A stretch of DNA of 64,000 nucleotides, from contig CAYVTU010000001.1 of the NCBI GenBank assembly GCA_964454835.1, forward strand, positions 102,836 through 166,835, written 5' to 3'. Every line of letters starts with the position of its first letter. Within the stretch, counting starts at the first letter, position 1. Origin of the DNA: an uncultured Brachyspira sp. GTDB lineage: Bacteria; Spirochaetota; JAAYUW01. Below the pieces are notes generated by a model. That model was not told the origin of the DNA. It saw only the letters and a list, made by a program, of their open reading frames with translations, and did no database searches. Shown one piece after another: positions 40,930-51,003 of this stretch. The position numbers and the translations under genes are program-made.

Positions 40930-42177
40930 ATGAATTCTGTAAAAACTATTTTTAAAATTGGTAAAGGGCCTTCTTCCAGCCATACCATGGGACCTCATAA
41001 GGCTTCAATCGAATTTAAAAAATATTTAAATTTTAAAAAATTAATTCCAATGAAAATAATTGCTACTCTTTATGGTTCACTTGCTTTGACCGGTAAAGGA
41101 CATCTTACAGATGTCGCAATTGAAGAAGTTTTCAGACCAACCGAAGTCGAAGTTGTATTTGAATATGATAAAGCTATGGAATACCATCCAAATAGTATGA
41201 CTCTTATGGCAATATCGACTGATGGCTCAATATTATTGAAATGGGAAGTTTATAGCATTGGAGGAGGTGAAATTAAAATAAAAGAAATTAATGAAGATGA
41301 ACAAAATTTGAAAACAATTGGTTCTAATAATGAAAAAGAAATATTATACCCATATTCAACTATGAAAGAAATTTTAACTTATCTTTCAAAATCGGGTAAG
41401 AATTTCTGGGAATTCATAGAAGAAAATGAAGGACCTGATATCTGGAATTATTTGAATGATGTTTGGTCTACAATGAAAAATGAAATAGAAAGGGGTTTAA
41501 TAAATGAAGGAGTTTTGCCTGGGAGTTTAGCTCTTCAAAGAAAGGCATCTTCATATTATGTCAAGGCAAGTAGTTTTTCAGGTTTATTAAAGAAGCAGAC
41601 TCTTATTTTTTCATATGCCCTTGCAGTTGCTGAAGAAAATGCAGCAGGAGGTATTATAGTTACTGCTCCAACATGTGGCTCTGCCGGGGTATTACCCGCA
41701 GTCCTGTTTTTTTTAAAAAAGGAGTTTAATTTACCTGAACAAAAAATCTTAAAAGCGCTTGCAACAGCTGGCTTGATTGGGAAACTGATTCAAAACAATG
41801 CAAGCATTTCTGGAGCAGAAGTTGGATGCCAGGGTGAAATTGGTGCTGCCTGTTCAATGTCAGCAGCAGCAGCTGCTCAGCTTATGGGAGCAACTCCTAA
41901 TCAGATAGAATATGCAGCAGAAATAGGTCTTGAACATCATTTGGGTTTAACCTGTGACCCACTTGGTGGTTATGTTCAAATACCCTGTATCGAAAGAAAT
42001 GCATTTGCTGCTTCCCGTGCTTATGATGCAGCTGTTTATGCTATACTTTCAGATGGCAATCATAAAATCTCTTTTGACTCAATTGTCGATACAATGAAAA
42101 GAACAGGTAAAGATTTACCTCATATATATAAAGAAACTTCGCTGGGTGGAATCGCAAAAATAGATACTACTATATAA
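40930..42177 (+). CDS. sdaA: L-serine dehydratase (iron-sulfur type, single chain)
   Basis: N-terminus IFKIGKGPSSSHTMGP matches the SdaA signature GIGPSSSHT.GP; Gly/Ala-rich alpha-domain motifs. Confidence 0.75.
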   Translation: MNSVKTIFKIGKGPSSSHTMGPHKASIEFKKYLNFKKLIPMKIIATLYGSLALTGKGHLTDVAIEEVFRPTEVEVVFEYDKAMEYHPNSMTLMAISTDGSILLKWEVYSIGGGEIKIKEINEDEQNLKTIGSNNEKEILYPYSTMKEILTYLSKSGKNFWEFIEENEGPDIWNYLNDVWSTMKNEIERGLINEGVLPGSLALQRKASSYYVKASSFSGLLKKQTLIFSYALAVAEENAAGGIIVTAPTCGSAGVLPAVLFFLKKEFNLPEQKILKALATAGLIGKLIQNNASISGAEVGCQGEIGAACSMSAAAAAQLMGATPNQIEYAAEIGLEHHLGLTCDPLGGYVQIPCIERNAFAASRAYDAAVYAILSDGNHKISFDSIVDTMKRTGKDLPHIYKETSLGGIAKIDTTI

Positions 42178-42621
42178 ATAAGTGTATTTTCAATTTTTAA
42201 TAATTTCAATTTTTAAGTTAAAGTTTAATTATTAATTTAATAAAAATTTAAAATTTATAATAAATATTTTTCCCTGGAATTAATTGAAAAAATCACAGAA
42301 ATTTTAAAGAAAAAATATAAAAAAAATTGACAAATTTAAATTATGTATTATTAAATTTTTGTTTGGAATAAATAAGGGGTTTTATGAGTTGAAAAAGAAT
42401 ATAAATTTTATCAAAAAGGTTTTCTTTCAGCTTATTCTGAGCTTATGGACCTATCAATGGTTCTTAATTATTTTGAAGCTCAAGCTGATTAAATATCATT
42501 ATTCATTCAGTATGTAAATCAAATAATTTTTCATATTTATCTGTAAGCAATATTTTTTATATAAATTAAATAACCTTCTATTAAATTTTATTGTAGAAGG
42601 AATTATTAAAAAGGAGGAAAA

Positions 42622-43014
42622 ATGCAAGCTCTTGGAAGACATATTTTGGTTGAAATGTATGAATGCAATTCATCATTATTAAATGATGTTCAATATATAG
42701 AAAAAAGCATGATTGAAGGTACACGAAAAGCTAACGCTACAATAATACAATCTTCCTTTCATAAGTTTTCTCCTCATGGAGTTTCAGGAGTAATAGTAAT
42801 AGCTGAATCGCATGTAGCAATACACACATGGCCCGAATACAGTTATGCAGCAGTTGATATTTTCACCTGTGGCGAAACTATAGATCCATGGGTTATTTTT
42901 GATTACTTAAAAGAAAAGTTTGAATGTACATGGGCTTCTCGACTTGAATTAAAAAGAGGACAGGTAGAAGTACCAGAAGGAATCCAGTTAAAACATAAAC
43001 CTTCTGTTGTTTGA
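42622..43014 (+). CDS. speH: S-adenosylmethionine decarboxylase proenzyme (class 1B, SpeH/SpeD type)
   Basis: GRHILVEMYECN ... VIAESHVAIHTWPE (processing Ser in ESH). Confidence 0.85.
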   Translation: MQALGRHILVEMYECNSSLLNDVQYIEKSMIEGTRKANATIIQSSFHKFSPHGVSGVIVIAESHVAIHTWPEYSYAAVDIFTCGETIDPWVIFDYLKEKFECTWASRLELKRGQVEVPEGIQLKHKPSVV

Positions 43015-43030
43015 AATTTTTGGGGGCAAG

Positions 43031-43879
43031 GTGAAGAGCTATTTTCAATTTTCAGATATAAATAAAACTGACGGAACTTTTTATAATATAATTGAAGAGT
43101 TATACTATAAAGAATCTAAATTTCAAAAAATTAGTGTTTTTAAAAGTATTTCTCATGGTCTTATTTTTACTCTTGATGAAATTGTGCAATTTACCGAAAA
43201 AGATGAATTTTTTTACCATGAGATGATGTCTCATCCCGCGATATGCGTTCACCCCAACCCCAAAAATATTTTGATTGTCGGTGGAGGAGACCTTGCAATT
43301 CTTTCTCATTTTTTAAATTATGAAAATATAGAATCAATCACTTTATGTGAAATAGATGAAGAAGTCATTGAAATGACTAAAAAGTTTTTCCCAAAATTTG
43401 CAAATTCATTGAATGATAAGAGGGTGGTGCTAAAAATAGATGATGGATTCAAATTTTTATCACAGCAGAAAAACATATATGATATCGTTATTGTGGATTC
43501 AACTGATCCTGAAACGATAGCTAATGATCTGTTTGTTGGAGATTTTTATGAATCAGCATTTAACGCATTAAAAGAAGATGGTATATTTATAGCACAATCT
43601 GAAACTCCACTTTTAGAATGTTATAAAAACACTAGAAAAGAAATATATAAGAAACTAAAATCATTATTTTGCTTTGTAAATTTTATGTATTATCCTATGC
43701 CCTGCTATCCAACTGGTTTTTTTTCGTCTATTATGGCAAGCAAAAAGTATAATCCTTTGGAAGTAAAAAAAGAAGAAATAAACAATAAAATTTCTAAATT
43801 AAATTTAAAATATTTTTCAGCCGATATTTATTTTTCATCTTTATCAATCCCTCCTTTTGAGATGAAGATTATCCAATAA
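43031..43879 (+). CDS. speE: Spermidine synthase
   Basis: YHEMMSHP, ILIVGGGDLAIL, DSTDP motifs. GTG at 43031 has a GGGGG Shine-Dalgarno; the track's TTG at 43007 is less likely. Confidence 0.8.
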   Translation: MKSYFQFSDINKTDGTFYNIIEELYYKESKFQKISVFKSISHGLIFTLDEIVQFTEKDEFFYHEMMSHPAICVHPNPKNILIVGGGDLAILSHFLNYENIESITLCEIDEEVIEMTKKFFPKFANSLNDKRVVLKIDDGFKFLSQQKNIYDIVIVDSTDPETIANDLFVGDFYESAFNALKEDGIFIAQSETPLLECYKNTRKEIYKKLKSLFCFVNFMYYPMPCYPTGFFSSIMASKKYNPLEVKKEEINNKISKLNLKYFSADIYFSSLSIPPFEMKIIQ

Positions 43880-44576
43880 TTTCATGGTAATTATATCTTT
43901 TTATTTTATTTTTTTAAATCTTTTCATTAATTGTTCCGTTTTATCATTTTATTATTAAAATATCTTCTGTAATCTTGAATTTTTTTAATGATAGTAAAAT
44001 TTTAGTGTAAAAAAGTCGATATTTCCTCTTTTTTCATAATATTTTATATTTTTATTTTTATACTATTTAAAGAGAAAATGTACAACCCCCAAAAACTACC
44101 CAAAAAGAAGTGAATAAGTTGAAAATAAAATTAGGGAGAACAAGAAGTAAGAGACTACAAACCAGAAAAGCTGCTTATCCAAATCATATATGGGTTTTAA
44201 ACTTTATATTTTTTTCTAATTCTTTTATATCTTTTCTTAATAATAATAGAATAATTCATGATAGAATAAGTCGAGGTTCTTCTTACCTAAAAAGAATAGA
44301 TGAAGGAATTAATAAAACAAAAAAAAATGTAAGCTTTATTTTGTGCAATATATAAGTAATTTAATTGAACATAGAGAATTGACAGAAAGGTATTTAATAT
44401 TATATAATAAGAATAGACCTTATCAAAGTCTTAATAATAAAACTCTATCAACTTTTTAAGGAAGAAAACATTGAGGTCATGGATGAATATCCCCCACTAA
44501 AAATAGATGATTTTATGACTCCGCTTGATAATGGCTAAAATATGACTAAGATATGACTAGAATTTATGAGGTAAAA

Positions 44577-45434
44577 ATGGGAAAAAATATAAGGATAATT
44601 AAATATGATGATATAGTTACAAATGTTTATGATATGATATTAAAAGCCTCTTTTGTCTTGCCTTCTGATGTTTATTGCTCTATTAAAGATAGTATCGATA
44701 AGGAAGAATCCAGTATAGGGAAATCAATTATATCTAAAATAATAGAAAATTCCGAAATTGCAAAAAATGAAAGAAAACCAATCTGTCAGGATACGGGTAC
44801 TGCTGTGTTTTTTGTTGAAATTGGAGATAATGTGCTAGTTGATGGAGGATTTATAAAAGATGCTATCTTTGAAGCCACAAAAAAGGCCTATGAAGATGGA
44901 TACCTTAGAAAATCTATGGTAAAAGATCCTTTATATGAAAGGGTTAATACAAAGACAAATCTTCCTCCAATAATTCATTATGATTATGTAAAGGGTGATA
45001 AAATAAAGATATACTTTTCTGCTAAAGGCGGTGGTGCTGAAAATATGAGTGTAATTAAGATGTTAAAGCCGCTTGAAAATGAAGATGCAATAGTAAAGCT
45101 TGTTGTAGATACTGTTTTTAATGCGGGAGGAAATCAATGCCCACCAGTAGTTGTTGGGGTTGGTATAGGTGGAAATTTTGAATACTGTGCAATTATGGCA
45201 AAAAAGGCACTACTACGAGAAGTTGGAAAAAGAAATAGCAATGAAAACTATTCAGAACTCGAAGAAAGGTTGATAGAAGAAATAAATAAAACTGGCTTAG
45301 GTCCTCAGGCACTTGGTGGAAGGATTACATGTCTTGATGTTCATGTAGAATATTTCCCATGCCATATTGCATCTTTACCAGTTGCAGTGAATATAAATTG
45401 CCATGCAAATAGGCATATAGAGATTGAGATTTAA
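44577..45434 (+). CDS. Class I fumarate hydratase / L(+)-tartrate dehydratase alpha subunit (Fe-S hydro-lyase)
   Basis: Signature CQDTGT, GGGAEN, VGIGGNFE. ATG at 44577 is preceded by GAGGT; alternative start 44553. Confidence 0.8.
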   Translation: MGKNIRIIKYDDIVTNVYDMILKASFVLPSDVYCSIKDSIDKEESSIGKSIISKIIENSEIAKNERKPICQDTGTAVFFVEIGDNVLVDGGFIKDAIFEATKKAYEDGYLRKSMVKDPLYERVNTKTNLPPIIHYDYVKGDKIKIYFSAKGGGAENMSVIKMLKPLENEDAIVKLVVDTVFNAGGNQCPPVVVGVGIGGNFEYCAIMAKKALLREVGKRNSNENYSELEERLIEEINKTGLGPQALGGRITCLDVHVEYFPCHIASLPVAVNINCHANRHIEIEI

Positions 45435-45584
45435 CCCATTTTTAAAATTAATAGAAAAAATAAAAATTAAATGAAGATAAATAAAGACAAAAAGTAGCAA
45501 ATAAGGATTATAATAAAATAAATATAAAATAAGAAAAATAATTGATAAAATTAAAATAATTTTATAAAATACAGGGAAATTCAG

Positions 45585-46130
45585 ATGAAAAAAATAACTA
45601 CACCATTAACAGAAGATAAGATTAAAGATTTAAAAGTCTTTGATGAAGTCTTAATAAGTGGGATAATCTATACAGCAAGGGATATGGCACAAAAAAGATT
45701 GGTTGAAATTATAGATAAAAATCAGTCTCTTCCTTTTGAACTAAAAGAAAATATTATTTTTTATGCTGGACCGACTCCTGCAAAGCCTGGTGAAACCATT
45801 GGAAGTGTTGGTCCAACTACAAGTGGAAGAATGGATATATATACACCAAAACTTTTAGATTGTGGTTTAAAAGGAATTATAGGTAAAGGAAATAGAAATA
45901 GACAAGTTGTTGAAAGTATAGTAAAAAATAAGGCAGTATATTTTGTTGCAATAGGAGGTATTGCTGCTTTTTTATCAAAAAGCGTAAAAGAATCACAAAT
46001 GGTTTGCTGGGAAGATTTAGGAACCGAGGCTATATATAAGCTAGCAGTGGAAGATTTTCCAGCTATTGTCGCAATTGATAGTTCGGGCAATAATATTTAT
46101 GAAATAGGATTTAAAAAGTATAAAAAGTAA
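45585..46130 (+). CDS. Class I fumarate hydratase / tartrate dehydratase beta subunit
   Basis: GPTPAKPG...GKG motifs of the beta-subunit family; follows the alpha subunit. Confidence 0.8.
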   Translation: MKKITTPLTEDKIKDLKVFDEVLISGIIYTARDMAQKRLVEIIDKNQSLPFELKENIIFYAGPTPAKPGETIGSVGPTTSGRMDIYTPKLLDCGLKGIIGKGNRNRQVVESIVKNKAVYFVAIGGIAAFLSKSVKESQMVCWEDLGTEAIYKLAVEDFPAIVAIDSSGNNIYEIGFKKYKK

Positions 46131-46135
46131 TATTT

Positions 46136-46732
46136 TTAAATAAAATCAAGATAGTTAAATATTGGAAAATCATACTTAAAGTCTGAAATATTTTTATTTA
46201 CTATTTCTTCAACTTCATAAGAAAGATGCTGATAATTTTCAAACTCATATTCAAGATTTGATAATAGAGCATCAAGAGTATCGGTTAATTTAACTTTATT
46301 TTTTTTTAGTAATTTCAAACAAAAAAATGGATCAATTTTGGAAAGATAGAGGCAAAAATTATTGGCAAATACCACATCATCATTATTAAGTAAAGATATT
46401 GTAATACTTTTTATTTCATCATTAAAGATTGTTAAAATATCCATTTCAAAACAATTTAGTAAAGTTGATAAAGTTTTACATTTCATACTCAATGAATTTA
46501 GGATTTCTTTCTTTGTTTTTTCCAATTCTATTTTAATTGTTTCGTAAGTATTCAAATGTTCAAGATAATTATTATAACAAGAAGTAAATGAAATTAATAA
46601 AATATCTAATGCAAAATCTGTCTTAGTGTTTTTTATATAGTCTACAAGGCGGTAAAAATCATAATCGCTAATATTGCAAACATTATTAGCAAGATCTTTA
46701 AATACCAATTGAGGAATTATTTGTGACATCAT
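46136..46732 (-). CDS. Hypothetical alpha-helical protein (operon with the two upstream unknowns)
   Basis: ORF with coding-like composition; 35-bp overlap with the upstream TPR-like gene. Confidence 0.4.
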   Translation of the reverse strand: MMSQIIPQLVFKDLANNVCNISDYDFYRLVDYIKNTKTDFALDILLISFTSCYNNYLEHLNTYETIKIELEKTKKEILNSLSMKCKTLSTLLNCFEMDILTIFNDEIKSITISLLNNDDVVFANNFCLYLSKIDPFFCLKLLKKNKVKLTDTLDALLSNLEYEFENYQHLSYEVEEIVNKNISDFKYDFPIFNYLDFI

Positions 46733-47732
46733 TCCACCTTTTTTTTATTTCAAGAAATCTAATTATCTTCATTGTATCGGTATCCGAAAATCTTTTTGAT
46801 ATTTCTTCTTTTAGGTATTTTATTGCTTCATCTGTTTTTCCAAGCTGAAAAAATATTAGACCTTTCATTTTATTTATTGGAAATTTTGTATCATCTATTT
46901 TTTCATATATCTCAAAAGCCTCATCAAGAAGTCCTATAATATGGTACAATCTTGCTAACAGGAATAGTTCTTCATCTGTTTTAGCTTCTTTTCTTAAAAA
47001 ACTTATTGCTTTATCATATTGTCTAGATTCGATCAAATTATATAAAAAAAGTGTTCTTTCTTTATAATTAACTATTTTAATTTTGTTCTTTAAAAAATAC
47101 TTTTGAGCAGATAGAATTTCCCCTTTTCTTAAAAGATAGTAAATATAAAGTTTTTTCAGTGAGTTATTGTTTTTATTTATATTAAATAACAATTCGAATA
47201 TATTTTCGGATTCTTCAAATAGTCCTTTTTCAATAGCACAATGAAGATAGAGTAATTCTTTTAAATATGACAATCTATTGATGCTGTTTATTTCTATTAA
47301 CAAATTGTATGCTTTGTCAAAATCATTGTGTTTTATAAAGTAAAATGCTTTTAACAAATTTGCATAATATTGATCATCTAAATCAAAATATGAATCAATA
47401 TCAAGGTTTTCTTTAACACCAAATAACAGAGTAAGAAGGAAAAATTCATCAAATATTTCATTATTTATAAAATTTTCTATATACAGTATAGCCTTATTAT
47501 GTTCTCCTTTATAAAGAGAATTATAAAACCTTAAAAATATAATTAATGATTCGAATTTTTTTATTGAGGAAGGAATCTTGCTATAGCTTTCTATTATATC
47601 AGGGTTATATTTAAAAATTTGCCAGAATTTATTTAATTCTGGCAATGCTTTGGTAAATGGAAAAATATCAAGTATAAAATAACAAATCTCTTCCTTTTCT
47701 GTATGAAGAGACTCTGTGACTTTTTGACTCAT
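46698..47732 (-). CDS. Hypothetical TPR-like repeat protein
   Basis: Degenerate 34-aa helical repeats. Confidence 0.45.
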   Translation of the reverse strand: MSQKVTESLHTEKEEICYFILDIFPFTKALPELNKFWQIFKYNPDIIESYSKIPSSIKKFESLIIFLRFYNSLYKGEHNKAILYIENFINNEIFDEFFLLTLLFGVKENLDIDSYFDLDDQYYANLLKAFYFIKHNDFDKAYNLLIEINSINRLSYLKELLYLHCAIEKGLFEESENIFELLFNINKNNNSLKKLYIYYLLRKGEILSAQKYFLKNKIKIVNYKERTLFLYNLIESRQYDKAISFLRKEAKTDEELFLLARLYHIIGLLDEAFEIYEKIDDTKFPINKMKGLIFFQLGKTDEAIKYLKEEISKRFSDTDTMKIIRFLEIKKRWNDVTNNSSIGI

Positions 47733-47748
47733 AAGATGCTCTTTAATT

Positions 47749-48537
47749 TTATTTTTCCTGATCTTTTTTGAACTTTTCAGACCATATTTGAATTGTTCTT
47801 TTTATTTTATCCAATTCAGTTCTTTTATTTTCCGCTATATACATTCTTGCAAGGGCTCTTAAAAAGTCTAATGCTTTTTTCATATCTTCTTTGTTATGGC
47901 CTGATACTTCATATCTTTCTCTGTATTCCTTGGCAGATTGAATTAATTTCTGTTCAACGATTTCTCTTAATTTTCTTCTTTCATTAAAACCTTCTTCTCT
48001 GGGATCGTTTTTTGCTCTTAATGCAATATAATCCAGTAAATTTTTAGCTACAACCGTTGCTCTAGCTCTAATATCTATAAATGTCATAATCCATTTTGAA
48101 TTTTCTCCATACCCCTTTTCTATCTGTTCAATAAGAAAACAAGCTCTTTGGACAAATTCCAATCTCTGAGAATCTTTATATAGAGCAAAGGTTTTTTGTT
48201 TTTTGACAACTTCTGATAATTCCAAGTCTATTATATTAGAAGTCAAAGCCTCGATTCTAATAAATATTTCCATAATTTTTTTTCTTGCTTCATCAAGGCT
48301 ATTTTCATGCTTTAATCCAATTATTTTCAAGTGGGTATCATGAATTTTTAAGTAAAGTTCTACTATATCTAAAAGTTTTTCGCATATAGAAAACTGAATA
48401 TAAGGTATTTCGAATTCTTCCTTTTCAGATAATGATTGCTCAATGTTTTTAATTTCTTCTAATATTTGATTTATTTGCCCTTGAATTATAGCAGATTCGT
48501 TAGTGAATTTATCTCTTTGTTCTTTTGTTATAGGCAT
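47749..48537 (-). CDS. Hypothetical alpha-helical protein
   Basis: ORF with coding-like composition; first gene of a 3-gene operon. Confidence 0.45.
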   Translation of the reverse strand: MPITKEQRDKFTNESAIIQGQINQILEEIKNIEQSLSEKEEFEIPYIQFSICEKLLDIVELYLKIHDTHLKIIGLKHENSLDEARKKIMEIFIRIEALTSNIIDLELSEVVKKQKTFALYKDSQRLEFVQRACFLIEQIEKGYGENSKWIMTFIDIRARATVVAKNLLDYIALRAKNDPREEGFNERRKLREIVEQKLIQSAKEYRERYEVSGHNKEDMKKALDFLRALARMYIAENKRTELDKIKRTIQIWSEKFKKDQEK

Positions 48538-48686
48538 TAGATTCCCCTTTACATGATAATAGAAGAAAACAATTATATCATATTTCGATTATCGGTTATA
48601 ATTGTATTATATTATATCTGATTGAAAAAAACATTTTCTTGAAAATAAAAATAAAGATATTAAAATATATCTAAAAAGGAAAGAAA

Positions 48687-50195
48687 ATGAAAAAATCATA
48701 TTCTTCCAAATTAATCCCTTTTCTATATTTTATTTTTTTCTCTCTTATTATTTTAAATTTTTCTATTGTCTGTTTTTCTCAAGTTAAAACATTGACAACA
48801 TTAAATTTAAGTGAAAATGAAAAAGTATTTAATTTATATACAGATCAATCACAAACAAATTATGCTATAGTCATATCAAGTGTTATTGAAGGAATGGTTT
48901 CTACTGTTACTGAATATTATGTTATTACACCTAATTCAAAAATAGGTCCTTTTGAAAGAGTTATAGATGTGGCTTTTTTTGATAAAGGAAAGCAGATGCT
49001 TATTTCAGTAAAGAAAGAAGGTCAGTATTATGTATATAAGAATAATCAGATAAGTGGTCCGTTCAGTAATATTGGGCGGTTTTTTGTAATTTATTCAAGT
49101 ACCGCCTATGTATATTGGGTAAAAGAAAATGATAGTATTTTTGTTATTTATATGGATAAAAAATTAGGACCATATTCTGAAACATCATCTTTTGTAGTAG
49201 ATCAAAAAACCCAAAAAATAGTCTGGACTGCAAAGACTGACAAAAGTGAACTTTTTATAAATGGAGTTTCTTCTGCCAAAGCAGATAAAGTTGTAATTTT
49301 TGGCTTTTATACTGAACAAAGGATTTTATGCTATGTAACAGGTGTATCTGGCTCTTATAGTATAGTTGTTGGTACAAAAACATATGGACCATATGAAAAT
49401 ATTGGACTTGACCTTGCTGTTAAAGATGAAAATCTTGCTTCTTTCTTTGCGAAGATTGAAGGGAAATGGTATCTTATAGCAGGGAAAGAAAAGACCGGAC
49501 CTTTTGATTCAACAGGTCATGTGGCTATTTCCCCTGATGGTAAGAAGATTGCATATGCTGCATATAAAGAAAGCGAAGGTTGGGGGCTTTATTTAGGAGC
49601 AAAGTTATTAAAATATATTGGCGCACCATATTTTTCTTATTTAGATTTTGTAAAAATCGATGCAACAAATTATGACATTATCTACCTTACAGGTAATTTA
49701 AATGATGAGGGGGGATATACTTTTTCTATTTTTATTGGAGCTAATGATAATCCAATTCATGAGTATAGTTTTGATTCTGATTATCCATATGTTGGACAAT
49801 TAAATCTTTTCTATTATGGAGTTGATTTTATGTTAGAACAAGAAGGGTATATAGGTCTACTTGAATATCAAGATGGACAGTATAATATTGTAATATATTC
49901 TTTGATAGATAATATTTTTGGTGTATTTGGTCCTGGTGAAGATTATGATTCGACATTTATTCTTGATATTGCTAAAAATGTAATTTTCTTTGTATTAGAT
50001 GGCGAATTTTTCATAGGAATCCCTTCTTCAACTGGTATTGATCTTTTACCAGGATACAAAACATGTGGTAGAATTATTTATGGCTTTGATGGTAAAAAAA
50101 TTGGTGTAATTTACTATGATACAAAAACAAATACGATATGCTATGTAGATTTAAACAATGTTAATAGCGCTATAAGTAATATTTTTTCAAATTAA
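48687..50195 (+). CDS. Secreted repeat protein with ~45-aa modules carrying a GP[FY] motif (WG/KWG-like beta-propeller candidate)
   Basis: Signal peptide; repeats ISGPFSNIG / KLGPYSETS / TYGPYENIG / KTGPFDSTG at regular spacing. Confidence 0.5.
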   Translation: MKKSYSSKLIPFLYFIFFSLIILNFSIVCFSQVKTLTTLNLSENEKVFNLYTDQSQTNYAIVISSVIEGMVSTVTEYYVITPNSKIGPFERVIDVAFFDKGKQMLISVKKEGQYYVYKNNQISGPFSNIGRFFVIYSSTAYVYWVKENDSIFVIYMDKKLGPYSETSSFVVDQKTQKIVWTAKTDKSELFINGVSSAKADKVVIFGFYTEQRILCYVTGVSGSYSIVVGTKTYGPYENIGLDLAVKDENLASFFAKIEGKWYLIAGKEKTGPFDSTGHVAISPDGKKIAYAAYKESEGWGLYLGAKLLKYIGAPYFSYLDFVKIDATNYDIIYLTGNLNDEGGYTFSIFIGANDNPIHEYSFDSDYPYVGQLNLFYYGVDFMLEQEGYIGLLEYQDGQYNIVIYSLIDNIFGVFGPGEDYDSTFILDIAKNVIFFVLDGEFFIGIPSSTGIDLLPGYKTCGRIIYGFDGKKIGVIYYDTKTNTICYVDLNNVNSAISNIFSN

Positions 50196-50207
50196 TTTTA
50201 ATGTTTT

Positions 50208-50948
50208 ATGAACTTAGATTATGAGGTAGAAACAAGGTTTTATTTCAATTGTAAAGATGATATATTAAAAATTTTTCCAAAACTTAATAATCTTTATTTT
50301 AATAGAATTTGCTGGAAAACAAATATACTTAAAGAAGAACTTTTTAAAAAAGATATACAATTTAGGATTTCAGAGATTTTACTCAATAGCAAAGCTTTTT
50401 ATTATCTTGGTTATAAAGAAGTGGATGTCGGTTCTTTTTGCAATATTAGAAAAGAAATAGACGAACAAATTATAGATTTAAATAAATTTTATAGAAAGAG
50501 CATTATCTTAAATAAAATATTAAGAAATAAAGTAAATTTAAAATCTTCAAAAGAGTCATTTAAATTTGAAGAAAAGGGGATAGTGAATAGTTTTATTTCA
50601 AAGATGAATTATGATGTTTTTCTTTTTTTTGAAGGTGAAAGTGAAGTAATTTCACTTAAATTAAAGGATTTTATAGAAAATCACTTTATAGATAAAATAA
50701 AAGAAAAACTAGATATTAAAAATATAGACAATCTTATTGACAATTTGAAAGTTAATTTAAAAATTATGTACTGCAATTATATTAATTATCCAGTTATTTT
50801 TGAAGTTGAAATGATTTCAGATGAATTTAAAAAAGCTTTGATATTGGAAAAAATAATTAAAGAAATAGTGTATATATATAATATTAATAATTTTTATCTC
50901 AAAAAAGAACCACCATCTCTGATGCTTGAGAATAAATATTATGTATAA
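50208..50948 (+). CDS. Hypothetical protein
   Basis: ORF with coding-like composition; 12-bp gap from the upstream gene. Confidence 0.4.
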   Translation: MNLDYEVETRFYFNCKDDILKIFPKLNNLYFNRICWKTNILKEELFKKDIQFRISEILLNSKAFYYLGYKEVDVGSFCNIRKEIDEQIIDLNKFYRKSIILNKILRNKVNLKSSKESFKFEEKGIVNSFISKMNYDVFLFFEGESEVISLKLKDFIENHFIDKIKEKLDIKNIDNLIDNLKVNLKIMYCNYINYPVIFEVEMISDEFKKALILEKIIKEIVYIYNINNFYLKKEPPSLMLENKYYV

Positions 50949-51003
50949 AGTATAATTTTTTTTAATTTCCTTTTTTTTAAATTTAAGACCAAAAATTCAT
51001 TAA

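Noticed and set aside
44110-44355. 81-aa ORF in the long fumarase leader
   Set aside because: No RBS, Lys/Arg/Asn-rich low-complexity translation typical of AT-rich noise; treated as non-coding leader.
45761-46090. 109-aa antisense ORF in the fumarase beta gene
   Set aside because: Mirror frame of the slightly GC-richer conserved beta-subunit CDS.
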